In this document: piece by piece, positions 6,133 to 15,500 of the stretch
Layout of the letters: each line of letters begins with the position of its first letter
Position numbering within the stretch: the first letter of the stretch is position 1
DNA from: a virus
Taxonomy: Duplodnaviria; Caudoviricetes
Length of the DNA: 29,827 nucleotides
IMG/VR virus record: IMGVR_UViG_3300044911_002339
Coordinates: 1-29,827 of that record
Strand: one strand, 5' to 3'
Made by a program: the position numbers and the translations under genes
The notes under the pieces: generated by a model
What the model saw: the letters and a program-made list of their open reading frames with translations, nothing else
What the model was told of the DNA's origin: nothing
Databases searched by the model: none

Positions 6133-6816
6133 ATGAAACTTTCTGTAAATACACTTCATTGGGATAATGTAGATAATAGAATACTTCAATCCCATAAACA
6201 AGTTATGAAACATTTTGATATTCCGGTAGAATACCATAATATGAATATAGAACATGGTTTATGGATGAACGCAGTTTGCCGTAATACTGACGCTGATGTT
6301 TATGTATTTTTTGATATTGATTGTGTTCCATTGAATCGTGAGGTATATGATGAGGCAATCCATTATGTAACTGAAAACGATAGTTTGTTTGGAAATGCAC
6401 AAGTGTCAAACCATATACATCCAAAGACTCATGTATTTGCCGCTCCATCATTTTTTGCTATAACAAAATCTTGTTACGAATTACTTGGTAAACCAACATT
6501 TTATCCAACCATTCGTTCAGATGTTGCTGAAGAAATTAGTTATGTTGCTGATGAAATTGGAAAGAGATACCGTTGTTTATACCCAACAAAATTTGATGGA
6601 GTTCCAAAGAAAGATGGTGTTTGGAGATTATCAAATTATGGATATTATGGTATTGGAACACTTTACGAAAATAAAACATATCATCTTTTTGAAAGTAGAT
6701 GGGGAGATCACATCGAATTGTTCCAGAAAAGATGCCAACAAATTATTGCCAACCAATTTGACACGAATGGTATGTATGATAGTTTATCGGAGTTCTACGG
6801 ACATAAAGTAAAATAA
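6133..6816 (+). CDS. GT-A fold glycosyltransferase-like protein
   Basis: VYVFFDIDCVPL DxD motif; AAPSFFAI; late YHLFESR His motif. Confidence 0.65.
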   Translation: MKLSVNTLHWDNVDNRILQSHKQVMKHFDIPVEYHNMNIEHGLWMNAVCRNTDADVYVFFDIDCVPLNREVYDEAIHYVTENDSLFGNAQVSNHIHPKTHVFAAPSFFAITKSCYELLGKPTFYPTIRSDVAEEISYVADEIGKRYRCLYPTKFDGVPKKDGVWRLSNYGYYGIGTLYENKTYHLFESRWGDHIELFQKRCQQIIANQFDTNGMYDSLSEFYGHKVK

Positions 6817-6817
6817 T

Positions 6818-6848
6818 TTTGATCGTATTCATAAATTTCGTATATTGT
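6818..6848 (+). promoter_or_regulatory. Bacteroidota-type promoter upstream of uvsE
   Basis: TTTG(ATC)-N19-TATATTGT. Confidence 0.55.
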
Positions 6849-6879
6849 TTTATTATTCATTAAACATTAACGCCAACCT

Positions 6880-7785
6880 ATGAAACTCGGATATGCCTGC
6901 ATCAACATGACTTTATCAAAAGATAAAATCACTACCAACCGTTCCATGATTAAAAAAACATTTCTACAAAAAGGTTTAGACTACTGTTCTGAACTTGCAT
7001 ATATGAATGTTGTTGATATGGAAAAAATTATCAAATGGAATGTTCAAAACGGTATTTACTTATTCCGCACATCTTCTAATGTATTTCCTTGGGGTTCTGA
7101 ATATGACTTGGAACAACTCAAAGATATTGATAAAATCAAGATTGTTCTCAAACGAATTGGTGATTATGCAAAAGAACATGGTGTTCGTCTATCATGTCAT
7201 CCTGGACCCTTCAATGTTTTATGTTCACCAAATCCTAATGTTGTCAAGAATACTATAATTGACTTAGAATTGCACGGTAAAGTATTTGACATGATGGGAC
7301 TATCACATACACCATACAACAAAATCAATATACATTGTAACGGTGTCTATGGTGACAAGACCACATCACTTGATCGTTGGTGTCAAAACTTTCAATTACT
7401 ATCCCACAGTGTTCGTTCAAGACTTACTATTGAGAATGATGATAAAGCAAGTATGTATTCTGTTAAAGACCTTATGAAAATTCACGAATGTTGTGGTATT
7501 CCTATTGTATTTGATTATCACCATCACCAATTCTGCACCGGCGATTTGACTGAACAACAGGCACTTGAACTTGCCATATCAACATGGCCACAAGGTATTA
7601 CACCTGCAGTTCATTATTCTTCATCAAGACTTAAAGAGACTGGTAATCCAAAAGAAAAACCACAAGCTCATGCAGACTACATATTAGAAAAAATCAACAC
7701 TTATGGACATGATATTGATATTATGTTAGAATGTAAAGCCAAAGAATTAGCTCTCAAACGATACCTAACAGAATACGGAATCTAA
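6880..7785 (+). CDS. uvsE: UV DNA damage endonuclease (UvdE/UvsE)
   Basis: MKLGYACIN, LFRTSS, RLSCHPGPF, INIH, RLTIENDD, VFDYHHH, HADY, MLECKAKE. Confidence 0.95.
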   Translation: MKLGYACINMTLSKDKITTNRSMIKKTFLQKGLDYCSELAYMNVVDMEKIIKWNVQNGIYLFRTSSNVFPWGSEYDLEQLKDIDKIKIVLKRIGDYAKEHGVRLSCHPGPFNVLCSPNPNVVKNTIIDLELHGKVFDMMGLSHTPYNKINIHCNGVYGDKTTSLDRWCQNFQLLSHSVRSRLTIENDDKASMYSVKDLMKIHECCGIPIVFDYHHHQFCTGDLTEQQALELAISTWPQGITPAVHYSSSRLKETGNPKEKPQAHADYILEKINTYGHDIDIMLECKAKELALKRYLTEYGI

Positions 7786-7791
7786 CCCAAA

Positions 7792-7842
7792 ATCCCAAAA
7801 GTTCATATTTATCTGTATGTATTTATGAACAATAATTGGGAT
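7792..7842 (+). promoter_or_regulatory. SD-sequestering hairpin containing two TATTTAT motifs
   Basis: ATCCCAA(7792-98)/TTGGGAT(7836-42) and GTTCATA(7801-07)/TATGAAC(7824-30). Confidence 0.6.
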
Positions 7843-7846
7843 ATAA

Positions 7847-8902
7847 ATGTCATACAAATTATTCTCTCTGAAAAATCTAATCTGGTTTTGTGCTATCGGA
7901 TTGGCAGTATTTTCAGGTTACTACTCTGTTTACGGTATATCTAAATTATTTTCTGGTGGTTCTTGGTCAATCGTGGGGATGGCCGGAATGTTAGAATTTT
8001 CAAAATTAGTGGTTATCACATTCCTACATGACCACTACAAAACTCTCAAAACTGCTTTCAAAGTATATCTGATGTCTTCCGCTGTTATTCTTATGATATT
8101 AACATCGGTTGGTGTTTATGGGTATCTAACCAATTCTTATCAAGAAACTGCAAAAGAAATATACGAAACACAAAATAAAATTGCATTGATTGATAAAAAG
8201 AAAGAAATCTTCCTTGAACAAAAATCACAAATAGATACTCTTGTAAAACAAAAGGGAGAGAGAATATCATCTTATGATCAATTAAGATTATCACAAGAAA
8301 ATTCTCTTAATAACCAACTGACACAGAAGAAGGGAACGAAGGGATTACAAAAAAATATCCAATCTGTTGATAATTCTACTCAAACTCTAAATACTGAAAT
8401 ATCGGAACTAAATCAAAAATCTATTGGTTTATCTGATAGTGTTGCTAAATTAGAACAAGAAAAGTTGGTTCTTGAAAATTCAACATTTACATCAGAGATA
8501 GGACCATTACTTTATTTGAGTAGATTAACCGGTGCCCCTATGGACATAATTGTTAATTGGTTCATACTCATATTAGTTTCAGTATTTGATCCACTTGCAG
8601 TTAGTTTAGTTATTGCAGCAAATCATTTGAGACACAAAGAATTGGAACAAAAAATTCCACCTGAAAATGATAACACACAACCACCACCAGAGAAAAAAGT
8701 TGTAGAAGATGTTGCAGATGTTTCAGTTCAACACGAAGAAATAAAAATACAAGATGTTGTTGCTACAAAAAAGAAAAAAGAAAAAAAACCTTTGGAAGTT
8801 ATAGAAGAAAATGTTATATTAGAACAAAATGAAATTGAAAAGGCATTCTATGAAGAACAACCTAAACCCAATTTTGGATATAGGAGAGGAATAACTTTAT
8901 AG
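7847..8902 (+). CDS. Multi-TM membrane protein with long coiled coil
   Basis: Three N-terminal hydrophobic segments, ~120-aa coiled coil, C-terminal TM with VFDPLAV, charged tail. Confidence 0.85.
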   Translation: MSYKLFSLKNLIWFCAIGLAVFSGYYSVYGISKLFSGGSWSIVGMAGMLEFSKLVVITFLHDHYKTLKTAFKVYLMSSAVILMILTSVGVYGYLTNSYQETAKEIYETQNKIALIDKKKEIFLEQKSQIDTLVKQKGERISSYDQLRLSQENSLNNQLTQKKGTKGLQKNIQSVDNSTQTLNTEISELNQKSIGLSDSVAKLEQEKLVLENSTFTSEIGPLLYLSRLTGAPMDIIVNWFILILVSVFDPLAVSLVIAANHLRHKELEQKIPPENDNTQPPPEKKVVEDVADVSVQHEEIKIQDVVATKKKKEKKPLEVIEENVILEQNEIEKAFYEEQPKPNFGYRRGITL

Positions 8903-8938
8903 TAATGTCATTATTGTATTTTAACCAGGAGTTCTGTT

Positions 8939-9598
8939 ATGAACGATTTTTATGATGGTGAAGAAGTTGTTGAAAAAGAAACAACTAATAATAAATCAAA
9001 AGAAAATGAGAATGACATTCCAGTTAGATGGAAAGAAGCAACAACACAAATGGATTATGGAATTGATGTTGAGGCATCTTCTGTTTTGTTATTTGGTGAA
9101 ATAATGGATGGTTCATTGTATGATATTATTACTCGTATACGAGCAATTCTTCATATGAGAAAAGATGAAAATAAAAATGATCCAATCAATCTAATTATCA
9201 ATTCTGATGGTGGTTCTGTTTATGAGGCACTTGGTATCATTGACTATATGCAAAGTCTCGATGTGAAGGTAAATACAATTTGTAGAGGTAGGGCAATGTC
9301 TGCTGCTGCTTTAATTCTATGTGCTGGAACAGGTACTCGTTTGGCTTCCCAACACTCTACTATTATGTTCCATGAGATTAGTTCTGATATTTACGGAAAA
9401 TCTTCTGATATGAAGGCAAATGTGCAACACATGGAAAAATTAGAAGAAATTCTTTTGGGAATACTTAAATCAAATTCAAACAAAGATATAGAATTTTGGA
9501 AAAATGTTACTATAAAAGATTATTATATTACTCCGTCTGATGCATTGAATCTTGGTGTTATTGATGTAATAATTCCACCTAAACATAATAGAGGTTAA
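8939..9598 (+). CDS. clpP: ClpP-like serine protease
   Basis: INLIINSDGGSV, GRAMSAAALIL (Ser), IMFH (His), KDYYI (Asp), ALNLGVID. Confidence 0.9.
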   Translation: MNDFYDGEEVVEKETTNNKSKENENDIPVRWKEATTQMDYGIDVEASSVLLFGEIMDGSLYDIITRIRAILHMRKDENKNDPINLIINSDGGSVYEALGIIDYMQSLDVKVNTICRGRAMSAAALILCAGTGTRLASQHSTIMFHEISSDIYGKSSDMKANVQHMEKLEEILLGILKSNSNKDIEFWKNVTIKDYYITPSDALNLGVIDVIIPPKHNRG

Positions 9599-9599
9599 T

Positions 9600-9971
9600 A
9601 TGATGCTAACGATAATTGTATTAACTATATGTCTCGGTATTTCAATTTTTGTTAATATAAATTTGACAAGAAAGTTTGACCATTTAGACGAAATGGCACA
9701 AGATAGTGTTGATACACTATTAGAGAATGAGAAATTTTTAACAGAATTGCGAAACAGAATACGATCACAACAATCCTATTTAAGACAATTAGATAGAATT
9801 GGTTCATTTGAAGCAGACGATGAAACTGGATATTTTTTCAAAGAAATGAAAGATATTATGAATGATATTGCTGTTTATTTTGGTGAGGAACCAATAGACG
9901 ATGAAAAAAGAAGTATTCTCGAAAACCAAAGGCAACCAGATGTTTCATTTCAAAAGGATTATTATTTATGA
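9600..9971 (+). CDS. Membrane-anchored coiled-coil hypothetical protein
   Basis: N-terminal TM; GSFEADDETGYFF; ATGA overlap with the next gene. Confidence 0.8.
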   Translation: MMLTIIVLTICLGISIFVNINLTRKFDHLDEMAQDSVDTLLENEKFLTELRNRIRSQQSYLRQLDRIGSFEADDETGYFFKEMKDIMNDIAVYFGEEPIDDEKRSILENQRQPDVSFQKDYYL

Positions 9972-10702
9972 AACAAAAACGTAGTCCAAAGAAACCAAAC
10001 ATTTATTTTACGCAAGAAACAGAAGATGCGATAGTATTGTATAACAAATCAGAAGATGATATTCAAAGAAATTTGATATACACAAAAAAAATACACCCTG
10101 CATTTTACAAACTTGCTGAAATTATGATACATAGATTTAAGTTCTATAATTTTGATGTATCACATGAAGATGTCAAACATGAAGTTGTTTCATTTTTACA
10201 TGAAAAAATTACAAAATATAAAGCTGAAAACGGTAAGGCATTTTCGTATTTTTCTATTGTTGCTAAAAATTATCTTATTGCTGAGAACAACAAGAACTAT
10301 TATCATTTCAAACGTAGTCAAGATATTGGTGCAATAGATTTGGAACGTAACATTGTAAACGAAAAACTTAGATTTGATTTGATAGAAGAAAGACGTGATT
10401 TCATAGATTTATTTGTTAATGTTATTGAAAAACATTTACCATTGTTCTTTTCAAAACAAAGAGATATACAAGTTGCAGACACCATATTGTATCTATTCAG
10501 AACTCGTGAAAACATAGAAAATTACAATAAAAAGGCAATATACATACTTGTAAGAGAAAGAACGGGAGTTAGCTCACAGTATATTACAAGTGTGATAAAT
10601 AAAATAAAAGTATTATACAATAATTTATACCGAGAATATAAAGACGGAAAAAATATAGAAAAAATGTCTTGGTATGACATCCAACATATTATTAACAACT
10701 GA
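9968..10702 (+). CDS. T4 gp55-like late sigma factor
   Basis: Region-2-like YKLAEIMIHRFKFY...EDVKHE...KYKAENGKAFSYFSIVAKNYLI; sits just ahead of the structural module. Confidence 0.65.
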   Translation: MKQKRSPKKPNIYFTQETEDAIVLYNKSEDDIQRNLIYTKKIHPAFYKLAEIMIHRFKFYNFDVSHEDVKHEVVSFLHEKITKYKAENGKAFSYFSIVAKNYLIAENNKNYYHFKRSQDIGAIDLERNIVNEKLRFDLIEERRDFIDLFVNVIEKHLPLFFSKQRDIQVADTILYLFRTRENIENYNKKAIYILVRERTGVSSQYITSVINKIKVLYNNLYREYKDGKNIEKMSWYDIQHIINN

Positions 10703-10710
10703 TATTTATA
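10703..10710 (+). promoter_or_regulatory. Candidate late promoter TATTTATA heading the baseplate operon
   Basis: Fills most of the 11-bp gap between the sigma stop and the next ATG. Confidence 0.55.
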
Positions 10711-10713
10711 GTT

Positions 10714-11076
10714 ATGAAATTTGATGAAGAAATCTTTGGAAGTAAAAAATTCTCTGATTTATTGAAAGATATTTACGATAATCAGAAGAAAAAGGATCGT
10801 CAGATAAATCTTTTGATTGCTGACTTAAAGCCCATGTTAAACAACATAAGTGATGCGGCAATACTAGTTCCTGCAATAAAAGATTTTATGGAGGTTTCGG
10901 TAAAAAATGATGAACATTTAGTAAAACTAGCCGCAGTAATACAACGGGCAATGGGTGATAAAGGTGAAGAATCCTCCTCATTTTTGACTGATGAAGAAAA
11001 AGAAGCTCTATTAAAGGGCATACAAGAAATTCAAAACGATCAAGAGGAGAATGATAGTGAGCGGCCTACCGTTTAA
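10714..11076 (+). CDS. Helical hypothetical protein (possibly small-terminase-like, unverified)
   Basis: 120-aa all-helical ORF; function not supportable from motifs. Confidence 0.75.
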   Translation: MKFDEEIFGSKKFSDLLKDIYDNQKKKDRQINLLIADLKPMLNNISDAAILVPAIKDFMEVSVKNDEHLVKLAAVIQRAMGDKGEESSSFLTDEEKEALLKGIQEIQNDQEENDSERPTV

Positions 11077-12553
11077 TCCGCAAGTAACAATAATTGATGG
11101 GTTTCCTCGTGAGTGGTTTCCTGCGGAAGTATTGGATGTAGATTACGAAGGCCGTGATAAAACTGCACTATACACGGTATTATGTAGATTATTGGGTGCA
11201 ATGGGACAAGGACATAAAGATGTTATACGTGCTCGTGCATTTGATGCTAATATAAAAAATATGCCAATTAGGGGAGAGGTTGTTATGCTTACAAAGGCAC
11301 CGTCTCCTTATGCTAGTGCAGGTGGTGTTTCACAAGAATACTACTATACAAATCCTGTTTCTGTTCAATCATCAATTCATCATAACGGCATTCCTGGAGT
11401 AACTTACTGGGTAGAAAGAACTTCACCTGGTAATCGTGCAAAAAGAAATGATGCAGAAGATGGTATTCCACACGAAACCAATACAAAATTTGATACCCAT
11501 ACAACTATTGATCCAATTTTTGTAGAAAGAAAAGACATTTATCCTATACAACCATATTCTGGCGATATACTACTCGAAGGTAGATGGGGACAATCTATAA
11601 GATTTGGATCAACATTGGATGAAAGAAGAAAATATCCACAAGTTCCAACTTGGAAAAAAGGTTTAGGTCAAATAGGTAATCCAATTTTAATAATTTCTAA
11701 CGGAACAAATCCAGAATTAAAACCAAGAAATGAATTTATCTTAGAAAATATAGATGAAGACGATTCATCTATTTGGATGACATCTGGACAATATGTAAAA
11801 TTTGAACCCGCATCCACATATACACCATCAATAACAGATAAAAGTATAAATCTTTTTACTAAAAATGAGTTTGGTGGAAATGCTGTAATGATTGCGTCTG
11901 ATAGAATAATTTTTAATTCTCGTAAGCAAGAATTGATTGGTTTTAGTAAAGAAGGTATTGGTTTTTCTTCTGAAAAGGGTATATCTCTTGACGGAAAACA
12001 AGTAGTTGAAATTGAATCAACACAAAAAATATCGTTAGGTATAAATGCAATAGAACCGATATTGTTAGGCAAAAGAACAATGACGTGGTTAAATGATTTA
12101 TGTCAAATACTATTGAATGTTACACGAGCAATTACACAACAAACTCATCCAACTGGAACAGGTCCATCCGGTGTTCCTATAAACATTTCTGATTTTTCAA
12201 CAGCACATTCTGATTTATCAGAGTTACAAAGTCAAATAGAAAAATTACCAAGCCAATTAGCATTTGTTAATGAAAAGTCTGGTGGTCCATCAGAAAAAGA
12301 AGTTCAACAATCCAACGAAAAAATTCTACAAAGTCAATTCATCAAAGAAGGCGATAATTCTAATTTGTTGGTAGATACCGGTGAGGGAGCGTTGGAAAAT
12401 GAGGATCCATTAACACTTGTTGCAGATATTGCTGATATTGAACAAGAAAAAATAAAACTAATAGATCAAATTTTAGGTGATATTGATCCAACATTTGATT
12501 ATGGAACATCACTAGTCGGTGACGATGCCGGTAATCCTGGAGGACCAGTGTAA
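11051..12553 (+). CDS. Baseplate hub/spike protein (gp5/VgrG-like)
   Basis: OB-fold-like N-terminus (MPIRGEVVML), GDILLEGRWGQSIRFGS, beta-helix-like stretch, tip motif THPTGTGPSG; no lysozyme domain seen. Confidence 0.75.
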   Translation: MIVSGLPFNPQVTIIDGFPREWFPAEVLDVDYEGRDKTALYTVLCRLLGAMGQGHKDVIRARAFDANIKNMPIRGEVVMLTKAPSPYASAGGVSQEYYYTNPVSVQSSIHHNGIPGVTYWVERTSPGNRAKRNDAEDGIPHETNTKFDTHTTIDPIFVERKDIYPIQPYSGDILLEGRWGQSIRFGSTLDERRKYPQVPTWKKGLGQIGNPILIISNGTNPELKPRNEFILENIDEDDSSIWMTSGQYVKFEPASTYTPSITDKSINLFTKNEFGGNAVMIASDRIIFNSRKQELIGFSKEGIGFSSEKGISLDGKQVVEIESTQKISLGINAIEPILLGKRTMTWLNDLCQILLNVTRAITQQTHPTGTGPSGVPINISDFSTAHSDLSELQSQIEKLPSQLAFVNEKSGGPSEKEVQQSNEKILQSQFIKEGDNSNLLVDTGEGALENEDPLTLVADIADIEQEKIKLIDQILGDIDPTFDYGTSLVGDDAGNPGGPV

Positions 12554-12555
12554 TT

Positions 12556-15500
12556 ATGGGTATATCGTGGAATAAAAATTTAGTAAAACTTATACCAGGT
12601 TCTGCAACAGAACCTGATAAATACGAAATTGAAATTTTTCAAGGAGATACTATAAATCTTCTTGACTATGTTGTATTTGAACCAGGTGGAACAAAAAATG
12701 CTCTTAATACATGGAAATTAACTCTTGTTAATGCGGCACACTTTACAGATAACGGACCAACAGATCCTGGAGATTTATCACAATTTAGCGATTCTTTTTA
12801 TGATGATTCAGAAGTAACACAATATGCTTCAAAGTATGCTTTAGATTGGAATGCAGAAATAAAACCAATACCATTATCTATTCCATCAATTATTATAGAT
12901 AAATTTGGAATACTGGAAACATCAAGTGCTGTATTTAGAGTTGCAAGTGAAATTGAAGTTTGGGTAAATTTTGGAAAAAAAGTACCAGGAGATTTAATTT
13001 TAGATCCACCAGCGGGTAAACCAACCGATGAAATAAAAAAATTAACAATTAAAATAAAATCAAATTCATTTTTAGGTGAAGGTGGTTTATTAAATGGTGT
13101 AACAGGATCAATTGATGCATTTGTTACAGATTCACTAAAATATGTAACAAGTGCTCTTACCGGTGTTGTTGGATTCTTAGGAGAGGGAGTTGCTTGGGGT
13201 ATAAGTCAAGTTGAAGGTTTATATCCATCTGGATCTAAAGGTTACAATGAAGAAGATGCTAAACAAAAATTAGAAGAAGAAAAAGATAGAGAAGCAAGTC
13301 TTTTTTCAACAGTAATTGGTTATCCATTTACTGCATTAGATTTTTTAACTAAAAAACAAAATGCTTCATTGATTAAATCCGGATTAAAGGCATTATCTAC
13401 TTCCGCAAAAATATATCAATTATATGCTCAAGGAAAATCTACAATAGCAACTACTAGACTTCTTGCAAATTTAAGAACATTACTTGATTACGAAAAATTA
13501 TCACCAGGATTACAAATAAAAGTTGCTAATTTTTTAGGAACTAACCCAAAAACTATTAAGCGAATAATATGGGTTGTTAATAAGATATTAGAAATAGAAC
13601 AAATGGTAAGTGATGGTAACTATGACGCTTTACAAGATTATGTATTAAGAGAGGCAGAGAATGTAAAATCATTAGATGATTTACCCAAAGAATTGAGAGA
13701 ATTTGCAACCGGTGAAGCATTTTCAGAATTGTCTCCAGGATCGGTTGTAAATAAAAAATTACAAATCGTTGATAAAGACAATCTAAAACTTATAGTAGAA
13801 AATCCATCATATAGAAAAACAGAAGGTAATAATATAGTTTTGAATCAAATTATTATTAAATCTATAAATAAAGAAGGAGATTTTATACCGATAAAGTCAA
13901 TCTCTATTGGAAAAATAACATCTCCTGGATTTGTAGACGGATTTACCGCAAATGAATTATTTTATGACTATAACACGACTAGAGATATTTGCACCATAAC
14001 GATACCAAATACTTATGGATCAGAAACTGGTGCGGATCCAATATCCTCAGGATTGTTTCCAAATGGTAGTATGGAACTTAAAATAAATGTAGATAACACA
14101 AAATATCAACAACAATACGAAGGAACTAACCCTATACGATCTGGTGTAATTCCATTTCAAATAGATTACAAATTTATCGGAAACAGCATACCAAGATTGG
14201 TTTATAGAAAATTCAATGCCGCTACAAAAGTTTATGAAGAAGTCAATGAAGATTTACCACATATTTTAGACAGAGGCGAAGAAGTAACTGAAACGATTTC
14301 ATACGATAATGTAATTCCTGGTTCTTGGGCAGAACAAAATTTTGGTCAAAATCCAATTACATTAGAACAAGGTTTTGATATTGCAAAAAATGGATTGGCA
14401 GTTTACAACTTATACAAAAAGAAACAATTTTTATCTATATTCGATGCTGTAGATTTCAAAAATTTACCAGCACCCGTTCAAACATTTATTTTTAGCACGG
14501 CTGCACTTATTGGAATTGATGAATCCGAAATAATCAGATACTATGAAGTTTTAAGTGGTGCAAAAAATTTGTATGAATTATCAACAAAGGGATTTCAACA
14601 TTACAATTCTTTACCACCAGAATTAAAGGCAAAAATCTCAAAACAATTAGGTGTTAGTGAAGAAGTATTGGGTGATGTGATTCCGATTGCAGGCGATATA
14701 ACTGATTTAATATCTGGAAAAAGATTTAATGGACCTGGTGAGAAAGAAAAATTTGCCGAAGGTTTATTTGATAAGGTTGGACAAAGTTTATTAAACAAAT
14801 GGGGTCCAAATGCAGAAGTTTGGGAAAACTATAATGCATATGACAAAAAAACTGGAAAAGTAACTCCAGGTGGTGGAACCCTTGATCCAAAAATGAAGCA
14901 AACTATTGCACTTTCATTAGGATTTACCAACATAAAAGAGGCACCAAAACCGCATAAAGATGATCCAGTTTCTGGAAAACCAATAACACACACAGAAGTA
15001 AATGGTCTTGCTATAATAAAATGTGGAATTGCTATAGATAAAGCGTTAAAATTCAAAAATTCTCTTGCAAAAGGTATAAGTGTTAAAAACCGATTATTGC
15101 AAAAGTATGAACAAGTAAAAAATTCACCGAATTTAATTGAAGATGAGGCACTTTTAACAGGCGTTTACGATGAATTGGTAGATACTAGAGAAGACTTTGA
15201 AAAAGAAGATTTCTTCAATGACATATACGATTCTGCAAAAGAATTGACAGAGGATCCTTATGCTGATTTATTAGATTCTGCCGGTTCATTGCCTCCGGGA
15301 GTTCCTGGTGCTGGTGATCCAAATTGGAGACAAAAATACAATGTTGAAGACCGATATGTAGTTGAAGATTCAACAGGAGCGCCTCCAAGTGGTGTGAAGG
15401 GTGTATTGCAATATGGTACATACATAATATACACTCATCCATGGATTGAAGATATTGGACAGAATCCTGAAACAGGCTTGCCTGTATTTACGGGAACGCC

